This document shows positions 20,009-29,357 of a DNA stretch of 46,506 nucleotides, one piece after another. The first letter of the stretch is position 1, and every line of letters begins with the position of its first letter. A program made the translations under genes and the position numbers. Under the pieces are notes generated by a model that searched no databases, was not told the DNA's origin, and saw only the letters and a program-made list of their open reading frames with translations. The stretch lies in IMG/VR virus record IMGVR_UViG_3300032326_002117, positions 1 through 46,506 of that record. One strand, written 5' to 3'. This stretch comes from a virus. Taxonomy: Duplodnaviria; Caudoviricetes.

Positions 20009-20212
20009 ATGCCAAACGATACACTTAATTATTTATCTGAGAAAACCGAGCATGATTTGTTAGTCATACTTGAAGGATTTCGAATGCTTTTGGCTGATGC
20101 TGAGTTATTCGATATGCTGGCTGAAAAGTTAGATTATCATGATGATTGCCTAATTGAATTAAGAGAAGATGTTCAAAATTATCTTGAAGATGTTCTTGTA
20201 GATGTGGTATAA
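20009..20212 (+). CDS. hypothetical protein
   Basis: GAGG SD; 67 aa. Confidence 0.6.
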   Translation: MPNDTLNYLSEKTEHDLLVILEGFRMLLADAELFDMLAEKLDYHDDCLIELREDVQNYLEDVLVDVV

Positions 20213-20222
20213 TTAGTTTGTT

Positions 20223-20307
20223 GGAGAGGTGGCTGAGTGGTCGATAGCGACTGTCTTGAAAACAGTTAACGTGAAAGCGTTCGCAGGTTCGAATCCTGTC
20301 CTCTCCT
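20223..20307 (+). tRNA. tRNA-Ser (TGA)
   Basis: GGAGAGG/CCTCTCC acceptor; loop CTTGAAA; long variable arm. Confidence 0.95.
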
Positions 20308-20320
20308 TTTTTAAAACACC

Positions 20321-20626
20321 ATGACTAAAGAACAAGCAGAAGAAATTAAAACAACAATAGATGGTTTTAATAAACTTTATCATCCTTTAACTTTGTCTTT
20401 TGATATGTATAGAAATCCAAAAGAAAACCATGATGATAATTGGTTTGTAACAATTGTTTATCATGTTACCCCAGATGATTGGTTTACTTTTGTTAGCTTA
20501 GGTTTTAATTTTGAAATGGTATCAGATAAGCTTAAAGGATATCAATTTGCTTTGGAAGCAGTGCAAGCATATCAAGAAGAATATGGTAATTTAAAATTTT
20601 CTCATTCTGGCTTGCCTTTGGGGTAG
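20321..20626 (+). CDS. hypothetical protein
   Basis: 101-aa ORF. Confidence 0.6.
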   Translation: MTKEQAEEIKTTIDGFNKLYHPLTLSFDMYRNPKENHDDNWFVTIVYHVTPDDWFTFVSLGFNFEMVSDKLKGYQFALEAVQAYQEEYGNLKFSHSGLPLG

Positions 20627-20791
20627 GATTCAATATTGAAACAGAATGAGAGCTATCCCCCAGTTTAGTAGTGTTTTCTGGGGGATTTTTTTATGCATGG
20701 GGTTATAATATTATAACCCCAATTCTCTTACTCAAAATAAAATTTGCATTTCCGGATAGTGTGATATAATGTTTTCAAGTGAGGTGATTCA

Positions 20792-20947
20792 ATGTCGAAG
20801 AAAAAAATTAACCCATGGACTTATTTAGAGCCATTATATTTTATAATATATTTCATTATAGCAATTATTGGTGGAATTATATTTTACCCGTTTATGTTGT
20901 TTGCTAAATCAAAATCACACCATGAGGAAAGTGGTTATGATAAATGA
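20792..20947 (+). CDS. small membrane protein (51 aa, not in ORF track)
   Basis: GAGGTG SD; one hydrophobic segment; ATGA overlap with 20944. Confidence 0.6.
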   Translation: MSKKKINPWTYLEPLYFIIYFIIAIIGGIIFYPFMLFAKSKSHHEESGYDK

Positions 20948-21174
20948 AATTTGTACTTTACGAAATAACAGATAATTACGATATTATCATTAAGTTGTCT
21001 TTCGAAGATATTAATTATCTAAGTGCTTTCATTGAACAACATACAGAAGAAAAGAAATACGAGCCCAAATTTCTTGTATTAGAGTTTGATTCCCATGGTG
21101 ATATTGAATATCTTTCTGAGTATCAAGGAATCGAACAAAAAAGCAGAAAAAGTGTGGCGGAATATACAGATTAA
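20944..21174 (+). CDS. hypothetical protein
   Basis: 76-aa ORF. Confidence 0.6.
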   Translation: MKFVLYEITDNYDIIIKLSFEDINYLSAFIEQHTEEKKYEPKFLVLEFDSHGDIEYLSEYQGIEQKSRKSVAEYTD

Positions 21175-21311
21175 GGGTATTATTAGTTTGTTCAAGACGA
21201 CTTCAGCGTGGAGAACAAAATCCAGAAGGTGGTGCTTCTGGGAGCATGAGAAGGGTGTGTCTTAATCTCCTTTGCCAGTTCGTATCTCCTTGATACATTC
21301 TTCTCATGATT

Positions 21312-21378
21312 TGGTGGGTAGCTTAAGTAGAGCAGAGGAACATAAGCCTTTGATATGGGTGCAAATCCCATACCACCT
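21312..21378 (+). tRNA. degenerate tRNA-like element (possible CAT anticodon)
   Basis: GGTGG/CCACC acceptor, TAGCTT..AGAGC D-arm, ATGGG-TGCAAAT-CCCAT T-arm; abnormal 8-nt anticodon loop. Confidence 0.45.
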
Positions 21379-21381
21379 TTT

Positions 21382-21454
21382 GGGCGATTAGCTTAATGGT
21401 TAAAGCAGGGGACTCATAATCCCTTGAGTGGGGGTTCGAGTCCCTCATCGCCCA
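21382..21454 (+). tRNA. tRNA-CAT, probably Ile2 (lysidine) or elongator Met
   Basis: GGGCGAT/ATCGCCC acceptor; loop CTCATAA; GGTTCGAGTCC. Confidence 0.9.
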
Positions 21455-21693
21455 TTGTTTCTGGTTGGTTGGTGTTTTGCATGTCCTACTCCTCCCCTCA
21501 TTGAAATATATGAGGGGATTTTTTTATTTGAAAATCGAGCATGGGGTGATTGAATAATCACCCCAATATTTCGAGATAAAACATACCACAATTACCAGTA
21601 AAAGAATAAATTGGTTGATATAAATACACGCATTAGGTATACTATATTACGTGATGAAAATCACACAATGACAAAAGAAAGTCCTACAATAAA

Positions 21694-22053
21694 ATGTCAA
21701 TTGTTCATGAAATGCAGGTAGCGGTTCAGGAACAGAAGCGTCATCGTGGTAACCCTAAATTGGGCGTTTCTCTTCCTTATTCTGTTGTGAGAGAAGCAAT
21801 AAAATCACATCAATTCAAAAACTTCAAGCAGTATCAGGATTGGGTTCGTGAGAATAATCCTGAAGGTTTTCCATTACATCCAAAAATGACCTACTCAAGG
21901 AAGAATGAATGGATAAGCAAGGCTCATTTTCTTGGTAAAACAGAAGACATGACTCCAGAGATTGTCGCACAAGAAGATAAGACCATAGAAACCCCGATTG
22001 CTTTTGGTGGATTGAGACGTATTATAAGGCAAATACTGGGGATTAGCAAGTGA
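21694..22053 (+). CDS. integrase-repeat-unit-like (putative DNA-binding) protein
   Basis: Y......I....F....QY..W......P..P...Y....W.....FLG resembles the INT_rpt unit. Confidence 0.55.
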   Translation: MSIVHEMQVAVQEQKRHRGNPKLGVSLPYSVVREAIKSHQFKNFKQYQDWVRENNPEGFPLHPKMTYSRKNEWISKAHFLGKTEDMTPEIVAQEDKTIETPIAFGGLRRIIRQILGISK

Positions 22054-22250
22054 TTCTAAAGGGGAGAGTAAAATCTCCCCTTTTTTATTTGCCATGAGAA
22101 GCTGGGGTGATAATACTATCACCCCAAAAAACAAGAAACAAATTTATTAAATAGTGCATAATTACGACCTATTAATTTGCACCATATATCACATTATGCT
22201 ATACTTCTTTTGTGGTTGATAGAACAGTAACATCAACCAAGGAGAATATC

Positions 22251-22805
22251 ATGTACAAGTCCCTACCAATTGAAGATGTCATGGACATCATCAAAGGTTC
22301 CAACATTCAGTATATGGCGCAATATCAGCGTTTTTACCGTGACAACAACCTCAAAAACTTGGGTCTCCCTTACAACCCTCAACTGACATATGGTGACAAG
22401 TTCCCCGGTGTTGATAAGTTCCTTGGCAATCCTGAAGGCACTGCACTCAAAGCGTCAAGAGAAGTCCTTTCAAACAATGCTAATAAAAACAAGCCTTGGA
22501 ACCATATTCGCAAGGGTACAAAGAAGGCTCGTAAATCACAATATGCAACTAAGCCAGTGCTGCCAGTATTGCCAGTATTGTCTGATGTGCAACCTGTTAT
22601 TGTACCGGCTAAATCAGATACAGTCTCTTTTGCTAACATAATTAAGACCCTTTATAACGATTATGGTATTGCATTACCGACATTGTTTCGTTTGAATGAA
22701 GAAGCAAAACAAACCTCTTCAATGAAGTTAGAAGCAATCAATGAGACCCTTACTGTACTGGTCAAGATTGCGATGGAGAAAACTAACTCTAAAGTCAAGG
22801 TCTGA
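22251..22805 (+). CDS. integrase-repeat-unit-like protein, paralog
   Basis: QY..FY......LPYNP..TY...F.G...FLG; GGAG SD before the ATG at 22251. Confidence 0.55.
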   Translation: MYKSLPIEDVMDIIKGSNIQYMAQYQRFYRDNNLKNLGLPYNPQLTYGDKFPGVDKFLGNPEGTALKASREVLSNNANKNKPWNHIRKGTKKARKSQYATKPVLPVLPVLSDVQPVIVPAKSDTVSFANIIKTLYNDYGIALPTLFRLNEEAKQTSSMKLEAINETLTVLVKIAMEKTNSKVKV

Positions 22806-22879
22806 TACTTGACAAACCCTATTCGATGACTATAATAGTATTGCAGTTCGCTGTAATACTATTTTTTTATAGGTATGTA

Positions 22880-23101
22880 ATGAAGAAGATTCCTATTTCC
22901 AATTTCAGGAAGAAGCATGGTGTAGAGTTGTTCGCTCAAGTATCAGAAGCAGTCAGAAAGTCCAACTGTGATAGTCATGTAATGAAGAATTCATTTGTGA
23001 ACATTTCAAAGATTATCCAACAGCTCCCAGAAAATGAAATCAAGACTAAGTTTGTGAATTGGGCCTCTGGTTATGATTTCGCTGTTATTGATGTAGTGTA
23101 A
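22880..23101 (+). CDS. hypothetical protein
   Basis: ORF after a TTGACA..TATAAT promoter. Confidence 0.6.
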   Translation: MKKIPISNFRKKHGVELFAQVSEAVRKSNCDSHVMKNSFVNISKIIQQLPENEIKTKFVNWASGYDFAVIDVV

Positions 23102-23180
23102 TTTATTTACAAGATCTTCATGGGGTGGTAATCTTACCACCCCATTTTTTATGCCAAATAAAAATGTGATAAAATAGATA

Positions 23181-23441
23181 ATGAAACCTATCACAATCAG
23201 AAAGACTTTAGCCAGATTTGCTTTTTATGCAAGTGAAATTAAATCAGGTAAAGAACATAAAATTATATTGGAAGCTATGGATTTTACCGAAGATGATTTC
23301 CAATATATGATAGAGCAATCATTAACAGTCGCAAACAATGATGATTATGATTTAGATGTTGTTCTAACTGACCACACACATAAAAGTCCCATTGGTGGCT
23401 GCTATATTTCTAAAAATGGCACCAATCTTGCATGGTTATAA
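23181..23441 (+). CDS. hypothetical protein (probably leaderless)
   Basis: GTGATAAAAT just before the ATG. Confidence 0.6.
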   Translation: MKPITIRKTLARFAFYASEIKSGKEHKIILEAMDFTEDDFQYMIEQSLTVANNDDYDLDVVLTDHTHKSPIGGCYISKNGTNLAWL

Positions 23442-23465
23442 TTTTTTGTGTATAAAAATATCAAC

Positions 23466-23553
23466 GCAGATGGCATTCCCCTTTCATCATCTGCAAGTGT
23501 TGTATAGGTCTGCAACACACAAAACAGGCAAGAATCCTCCACTTGCCTGTTTT
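23466..23553 (+). ncRNA. putative three-hairpin small RNA with C-rich loops
   Basis: Hairpins 23466-23494, 23497-23518 and terminator 23521-23553; TGGTTATAAT upstream. Confidence 0.5.
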
Positions 23554-23591
23554 TATTTGACTATTGCAGTATACAACGATATAATGTAAAT

Positions 23592-23987
23592 ATGAAAATC
23601 GCTATTAGTGCTTTTTCCAATCAAGATAACTTGACTGCATTTTTCGTCATTGATTGCAGTAACAGTTTGCATTTAGACTTGGAAGATTTTATCTCGCATC
23701 ACAAATCTTACGAATTTATGTCTTTTAAAACTGATGATGTTTATTTATTTACTGGGACATATCAATATCTGAGAAAAAAAGTAAGTTATTCTGAAATCTA
23801 TAAAAATCAATACACAAACAAAGTTACTGATTTCAATTATTCAAAGAAGCAACCAGAATCAATCAAGATTTATGCAAATCGTTTTTTGTGCTATTTTTAT
23901 GCTGAAAAAGATGGCATTGTATATCAGTCTCATGATATGACAGTAGATATAGTTAAAGAATGGTGCAAGGAGTTAGTAGTTGTCTGA
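23592..23987 (+). CDS. hypothetical protein (probably leaderless)
   Basis: TTGACT..TATAAT 6 nt before the ATG. Confidence 0.65.
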   Translation: MKIAISAFSNQDNLTAFFVIDCSNSLHLDLEDFISHHKSYEFMSFKTDDVYLFTGTYQYLRKKVSYSEIYKNQYTNKVTDFNYSKKQPESIKIYANRFLCYFYAEKDGIVYQSHDMTVDIVKEWCKELVVV

Positions 23988-24321
23988 CACAGTATGGATT
24001 TACTTTTCAAAAACAGGTACGGGATACGAACTAAAAGGTTCTGATGTAATTTCTGGCTTTGATGCATTTATTAATATGGATGGCACTTATATGGTTGAAT
24101 ATGCTTACTCTGATATGAAGAATTCTATGCACTTCTTTATATATGAATGGGACAATTCACAGAAGAAGCGCAGAACAATCTTTGAAGGATACCAGAGAGA
24201 AAATATTTTGGTGAACTTTGCAAAGAATGTTCATGTATGCCACTTAGTTAGACAAGCAATTTACAAAGAATACCTGATGGATGATGAAGAATTGGAGTTA
24301 GAAAAAAATGCAAACTCGTGA
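23980..24321 (+). CDS. hypothetical protein
   Basis: AGGAG SD; overlapping operon. Confidence 0.6.
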   Translation: MSDTVWIYFSKTGTGYELKGSDVISGFDAFINMDGTYMVEYAYSDMKNSMHFFIYEWDNSQKKRRTIFEGYQRENILVNFAKNVHVCHLVRQAIYKEYLMDDEELELEKNANS

Positions 24322-24820
24322 ACAAAAACTAAAACTCCTAAACAAAACCATAGACACTCTTTGGCATGGTGTTCAAGATACTAAAACTGGCGATTACCCT
24401 AAGATTGTCAACTTGTACAAAGAAGTGCTGAAAATCGAACCAAAAGACAGAGATGCTTGGGAAAATATGGTTTGGCTTATGTGGAGCTTGGCTATTAATA
24501 ATAAAGACACTGCATGGCTTTTAGAGGCTGAAAAGTTTGTAAGAAGATATCTTTCTATTATGCCAAATGGATATCGCTCTTATGAATATGTTGGTATGTT
24601 TTATCGCTCAATGATAAAAGATGAAAAGTTAGCGGTGAGATATTATGAATCTGCAATTAGATGGAAAGATGCTCCAAAGAGCACTCATCATTCTCTTATT
24701 AACTTGTGCGTTAAATCTAATGACAAAATAAGAGCCATTGGGTATTGCAAAATGACACTTGCCAGATTCCCCAATGACCCTTTTACGAAATCGAAACTAT
24801 TATTTTTAACTAAGAATTAA
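24308..24820 (+). CDS. TPR-like helical repeat protein
   Basis: Y..VLKIEP....AW, A..YYE.AI...., LARFPNDP repeats. Confidence 0.7.
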   Translation: MQTREQKLKLLNKTIDTLWHGVQDTKTGDYPKIVNLYKEVLKIEPKDRDAWENMVWLMWSLAINNKDTAWLLEAEKFVRRYLSIMPNGYRSYEYVGMFYRSMIKDEKLAVRYYESAIRWKDAPKSTHHSLINLCVKSNDKIRAIGYCKMTLARFPNDPFTKSKLLFLTKN

Positions 24821-25177
24821 TTTTTCATATGGAATTGAAATAGGAGCGCCTTGGGTCTTTCCATCTTTTAAGCGGATAACAACAACATAAACTTTACCAT
24901 TATGTCTGTAATCATCAAGAACGCTACCTGTTTCAATTTCTTTATGTTTATCGAGCCATGTAATTTGTTTTCCAACATCAATGATTCTGTCTTCGTTTCG
25001 AGCTATTAACTCAGAATGAAGCATTGCATTTTTTGTTTTCAATTCATTTACATCTTCGTCTAACTTATTGTTTAACTCCATCAGGTTTTTATTATTTTCT
25101 TTGAGATTTGTATACATCAAACCCAACAAACCACAAAAAAATAATACAACTGTGAACAATACACTTATTACTATCAT
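24806..25177 (-). CDS. membrane-anchored coiled-coil protein
   Basis: N-terminal transmembrane segment then heptads; AGGAG SD. Confidence 0.65.
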   Translation of the reverse strand: MIVISVLFTVVLFFCGLLGLMYTNLKENNKNLMELNNKLDEDVNELKTKNAMLHSELIARNEDRIIDVGKQITWLDKHKEIETGSVLDDYRHNGKVYVVVIRLKDGKTQGAPISIPYEKLILS

Positions 25178-25209
25178 TTTATCCGTCTCCTAAATTGTAT
25201 TATACTCAT

Positions 25210-25479
25210 ATGAAAGAAATAATAACTGCAATACACAAGAATGGAACCTTTAAGGAAAATAAGATCCTTAGGCCTCATCTCATGGACAGATTAGGTTTGA
25301 GGTTAGTTTTTCCTGAAGGCGCACAATGTATTCTCTGGACTAATGGTAAAAAATATTACGCCAGGTGTGAAGCTTTTGGTTCTTTATTCACTGTAAACAT
25401 TCCACAAAAAATAGGGGATGATATTTGGCTTAGATTCAAAACTCAATATGAAGGAAATTATTCTTATGAAGATTTTTGA
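25210..25479 (+). CDS. hypothetical protein
   Basis: ORF whose stop abuts the palindrome at 25480. Confidence 0.55.
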   Translation: MKEIITAIHKNGTFKENKILRPHLMDRLGLRLVFPEGAQCILWTNGKKYYARCEAFGSLFTVNIPQKIGDDIWLRFKTQYEGNYSYEDF

Positions 25480-25583
25480 TGGGGTGATAATATTATCACC
25501 CCAAGATCCGTTTAGCAAATAATTAATTTTTCTTGCATCAGTATACCTAATATGATATAAAAGAGTATCGAAAGGTTACTACA

Positions 25584-25925
25584 ATGAACAAGAACGAAAT
25601 CATCTCAAAGTTTATGTCTGTTGTTGAAAAGCACGTTGATGCTATTGACAACACTGCACAAGCGAAAGTCAATTATAACAATGCTTCTTTCGCATTAACT
25701 GATAAAGTGAATGCCATCTATCTCAATCATGATTCGAAAGAACTTGGTAGCAATGCAGAAATTCGTGGTGCTAAAATCGCATCTTTGACAAGTGCAGAAC
25801 AACAAGCAATTCGTACACTGGAAAACGAACTTGAAATTGCTCGTGCTAAGGAAGCCAGAACCAAAGCAGAAGTAGAGCAAATGAAGTACATTATTCGTGC
25901 TTTAGAAGCCAAAGCAGAAGCCTAA
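25584..25925 (+). CDS. coiled-coil hypothetical protein
   Basis: 113 aa; own promoter and terminator. Confidence 0.7.
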   Translation: MNKNEIISKFMSVVEKHVDAIDNTAQAKVNYNNASFALTDKVNAIYLNHDSKELGSNAEIRGAKIASLTSAEQQAIRTLENELEIARAKEARTKAEVEQMKYIIRALEAKAEA

Positions 25926-25986
25926 TCATAAGGGGGATTGAAAAATCCCCCTTGACATACTTAATTATATCAGGTATCATTAACCC

Positions 25987-26259
25987 ATGAAGAAACCACA
26001 TATCCTTATTGAGCGTTTTCAGCCAACAACAGAAAACACCATTTATCAGGTGTACTTTGCTAATGGCTCATCAAAAACAATCCTCTCTTCCAGTCCTTTC
26101 AAGCAAGGTGCATATCAGAATGCTCACCGTGAAGCAAAGAAGAACAATGTTCCCTTGTATGAAACGTACTATGTAAAAACCATTGACCGAAATGGCTTTG
26201 AGAGCATCGTTCCTACCAAAGTTGTTGAAGTACCATTGGAAAAAACAACAACCAACTAA
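25987..26259 (+). CDS. hypothetical protein (probably leaderless)
   Basis: TTGACA..TATCAT 6 nt before the ATG. Confidence 0.65.
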   Translation: MKKPHILIERFQPTTENTIYQVYFANGSSKTILSSSPFKQGAYQNAHREAKKNNVPLYETYYVKTIDRNGFESIVPTKVVEVPLEKTTTN

Positions 26260-26410
26260 TCACATCCCTTGGCTTTTGTCAAGGGATATTTTTTTTATTT
26301 GTCAAGCTCTCCCTTGGGGTGGTAAGATTACCACCCCATTTTATTTTGTCAAATAAATTAATTTTTGTTGCAAGGTTAGTATATTATGATATACTTTAAT
26401 CTGTAAGGAG

Positions 26411-26728
26411 ATGAAGATGGAACTTTCGATTCGTGGTATATTGACAGCCAACTTTGAGTTGACAATCGATGAAGCAGATTTTGCTGATGCTTGTGAGAGT
26501 GTAGAACTTGACCCAGAAAAGTTCAAGAAATTTACTTTTGCACAATGGCAAAAACTCCGTGATGCTTTGATTGAAACCACTTGCAACATGGAAAGTGAAA
26601 TTGACTATGTGGAAATCCATGAGGCAAACACTGTGTCTGTGGATGAGATTCACATTGATGACACTGACAACATGACCATTGTAACTTATCAACATGATGG
26701 TAAAGTAGATTCAGTAGATATCCAATAA
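26411..26728 (+). CDS. acidic hypothetical protein
   Basis: AAGGAG SD; D/E-rich. Confidence 0.65.
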   Translation: MKMELSIRGILTANFELTIDEADFADACESVELDPEKFKKFTFAQWQKLRDALIETTCNMESEIDYVEIHEANTVSVDEIHIDDTDNMTIVTYQHDGKVDSVDIQ

Positions 26729-26766
26729 AGAAAGGATGGGAGGGCTTTGCCCTCCCAATCACACCT

Positions 26767-26937
26767 ATGTTTTTAGATGATTGCCCTATCGTTATTTGGT
26801 TTATTCGTAAAAGTAGAAACAGCTATTGTCTGTATGATTCTTGTAATCAACTTGTAATGCGACGAGATGAAAAAAGAAAAAAAGAAATATACCAATATTG
26901 TGAAGAAAATGGTATAGATGTTCAAGAAGAATTCTAA
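26767..26937 (+). CDS. hypothetical protein (56 aa, not in ORF track)
   Basis: Open frame MFLDDCPIV...QEEF followed by a terminator. Confidence 0.45.
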   Translation: MFLDDCPIVIWFIRKSRNSYCLYDSCNQLVMRRDEKRKKEIYQYCEENGIDVQEEF

Positions 26938-26990
26938 CCAGCTTCGGCTGGTTTTTTTATTTGACAGATGATCCTGGGGTGATAATATTA

Positions 26991-27161
26991 TCACCCCATA
27001 AATAAAGAATCGCCAGAACTTTTATCCTGGCGATTTTTGTGTTTATCTTTTCGAGTGTATTTAGTTTTATCTTTAAACACTATGGGTCTTTGCCTACTTG
27101 CTCTCATCATTTCTGTTCCTGATGCAAGATTCAGCTCCTCAACATACTTTCTCTTTTTCAT
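26991..27161 (-). CDS. ArfA/BrfA-like basic peptide (56 aa, not in ORF track)
   Basis: AGGAG SD; RPIVFKDKTKYTRKDKHK motif; hairpin 27008-27035 inside the CDS. Confidence 0.55.
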   Translation of the reverse strand: MKKRKYVEELNLASGTEMMRASRQRPIVFKDKTKYTRKDKHKNRQDKSSGDSLFMG

Positions 27162-27435
27162 TTTGAACTCCTATCCATCCATATATTTCTGCGTGGTTTT
27201 TAAAATCTTCAACTAACTTATTGTATTCATTCTCGTATATCGTATATAATGACTTGAATCTTTTTTGGTATTTTGTTTCTGATAATCGTTTTGCCATGTA
27301 TTTGACAGTTGTATTACATAAATCTTCTGACATGGTAAAGCCTGTAATGTCTTGCACTAAAATTTCGTAATGATGAAAGTGATTCCATTGTCCTAAACAA
27401 TTACCTTCAGAAGTCATCCAGAAAACTTTCTTCAT
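27139..27435 (-). CDS. hypothetical protein
   Basis: GGGAG SD before the ATG at 27435. Confidence 0.6.
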   Translation of the reverse strand: MKKVFWMTSEGNCLGQWNHFHHYEILVQDITGFTMSEDLCNTTVKYMAKRLSETKYQKRFKSLYTIYENEYNKLVEDFKNHAEIYGWIGVQNEKEKVC

Positions 27436-27598
27436 CTCTGCTCTCCCACTACAATATACCAAACTATACACAAATCTGCAACAAAATTAATTTATTTGAC
27501 ATACTACCTTGGGGTGATAATATTATCACCCCAGATTCGATATTTGTCCATAAAATAATATAATGATACAATAGGTCATCAACTGTGAGGAGATTCTT

Positions 27599-27976
27599 GT
27601 GTTTGACCCATCTAACATTGTCAACCCAGAGTATTGGTTTGACAAGCCGCTCATATATACAAATCATGCCAGAGAAAGATGTTTAGAACGTGCAATCTTG
27701 TTTTATGATTTTATTCCGATAAATTCGAAACTTATGGATTGCGAAAAAGATAGCAACAATAACATCACTTTTTTATGTTTCAAGATAAATGAACGAGGAG
27801 ATTGTTTTATTGTAACTCATGATAGTGTGGTAATTACAGTGTTCAATTGCCATGATAGAGGTTTTAATAAATACACTCATAGAAAGAACTTAAGAAGGCA
27901 ACATAAGAATAATCTGATTGCTTATTTTGGAGATAGCACACACAGATTAATCCCAAGGAAATTTGCCAAGAGATGA
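27599..27976 (+). CDS. DUF4258-like (T.HA.ER...R / V+TV) putative RNase-fold protein
   Basis: YTNHARERCLERAI ... VVITVF. Confidence 0.5.
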   Translation: MFDPSNIVNPEYWFDKPLIYTNHARERCLERAILFYDFIPINSKLMDCEKDSNNNITFLCFKINERGDCFIVTHDSVVITVFNCHDRGFNKYTHRKNLRRQHKNNLIAYFGDSTHRLIPRKFAKR

Positions 27977-27983
27977 GGACAAA

Positions 27984-28286
27984 ATGAATATAAATCTTAA
28001 TGAATTTGGAGACTGTATTGTTGTTAGAGCTACATATAGAGAGACTGGCCATTTGGCTGTTTTGATTACAGATTTAGAAAATAAAGTATTGGCACAAATT
28101 TCGAAAGATTTACCAAATGCATCTACACTATCTAAGGATGAATTTTATTTTGACTCTAAAGAATACAGTGGATTATCTTCGCAACTTTTAGCATTACCAG
28201 AGTTTACAAAGACAACAAGAAAAACTAAAACATCAAGTTTGTTCGATGATACTGTTTATTATATTTGGAAATTTACTGGAGCATAA
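27984..28286 (+). CDS. DUF4313-like protein (divergent paralog of 30815-31120)
   Basis: Y...GHLAV...IS.DLP....EFYFDS....F..T pattern. Confidence 0.5.
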   Translation: MNINLNEFGDCIVVRATYRETGHLAVLITDLENKVLAQISKDLPNASTLSKDEFYFDSKEYSGLSSQLLALPEFTKTTRKTKTSSLFDDTVYYIWKFTGA

Positions 28287-28315
28287 AAAAATCCCTCTTC
28301 GGAGGGATTTTTCTT

Positions 28316-28522
28316 TTAACTGTACTTTATATTCTCTACTAAAACATAAAACTCCATAGGTGTTTTGTTCAATACATTACATAACTTTACTAAGTTTTTA
28401 GAACTTGGAATCCTCTGACCTGATAACCAGCTACTAACATGAGGCTGAGAAGTGCCTACTCTTTCTGCTATTTCCTTCTGAGTTAAACCATTCTGTAGTT
28501 CCGATATAAAAAATCTTTTCAC
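28316..28522 (-). CDS. XRE-family helix-turn-helix regulator
   Basis: GLTQKEIAERVGTSQPHVSSWLSGQRIP; GGAGG before the GTG. Confidence 0.85.
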   Translation of the reverse strand: MKRFFISELQNGLTQKEIAERVGTSQPHVSSWLSGQRIPSSKNLVKLCNVLNKTPMEFYVLVENIKYS

Positions 28523-28677
28523 ATTACAAACCTCCAAGCATAATAATACCACAATATACCACTGTAGACAAATATTATTTATGGGGTGATAATATTATCA
28601 CCCCAAGCTGAGTAAATAAAGTAAATTCCATTATGACATATGTGATATAATTGGATATCAAAGACTGGGAGAATCAC

Positions 28678-28890
28678 ATGGATAAAAGGATGGAAGTTAT
28701 CATCTTACAAAAAGGTATGACACAAAAAGAGATAGCAGAGAGAGTCGGAGTACATCAACCCAAAGTTTCAGAATGGCTTAGGGGAGTAAGAATTCCAAAT
28801 TCGAAGTTATTATATAAACTTGCTGAAGTCTTAGAAGAAGAACCAGCAGTGTTAGTAGATAAGTTAAAGCAAATATCAGAGTTAGAATAG
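28678..28890 (+). CDS. XRE-family helix-turn-helix regulator (divergent paralog)
   Basis: GMTQKEIAERVGVHQPKVSEWLRGVRIP. Confidence 0.85.
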   Translation: MDKRMEVIILQKGMTQKEIAERVGVHQPKVSEWLRGVRIPNSKLLYKLAEVLEEEPAVLVDKLKQISELE

Positions 28891-28919
28891 AAAATCCCCC
28901 AGAAATGGGGGATTTTAGT

Positions 28920-29192
28920 TTAGTCCATGATTACGCTGAGTCTGTCTTCTTTTGTCTTTATATGACCAGAAAACCAGCCATTTTTAGATGGCTCAATCTC
29001 AGACACAGTTTCAACCAGATTCAATTGATGCTTGTATACCTCTTCAAGTGATACAATCTGCTGTTGAATGTTTTCTGCTATTGCTTTATTTATAGCAAGC
29101 ATCTCAATCTTGATATCTTGAAGAGCGACAATCTGATTGCGAGTGGACAAAAGAATCTCACGAAGCCTGTCCGAATTTTTAGTAGTTCTCAT
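28920..29192 (-). CDS. hypothetical protein
   Basis: AAGGAGG SD before the ATG at 29192. Confidence 0.65.
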   Translation of the reverse strand: MRTTKNSDRLREILLSTRNQIVALQDIKIEMLAINKAIAENIQQQIVSLEEVYKHQLNLVETVSEIEPSKNGWFSGHIKTKEDRLSVIMD

Positions 29193-29357
29193 AACTACCT
29201 CCTTATGACAGAAGTATATCATAATATACAAGCCTCACCACTTAATTAATAATTTATTTTTGTATTGAATATGGGGTTATAATATTATAACCCCAAGAGC
29301 TGTTATGCAAATAAAAAAATATCCCTTGACTTTCGTCAAGGGATATGGTAGTGGAGT

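Noticed and set aside
22551-22581. GCCAGT(G/A)(C/T)T triple 9-bp repeat
   Set aside because: In-frame micro-duplication (PVL x3) in a linker; no further structure.
21694-22805. Integrase for the cassette array
   Set aside because: Only a short integrase-repeat-like unit is present; no R-H-R-Y catalytic domain, and the proteins are too small.
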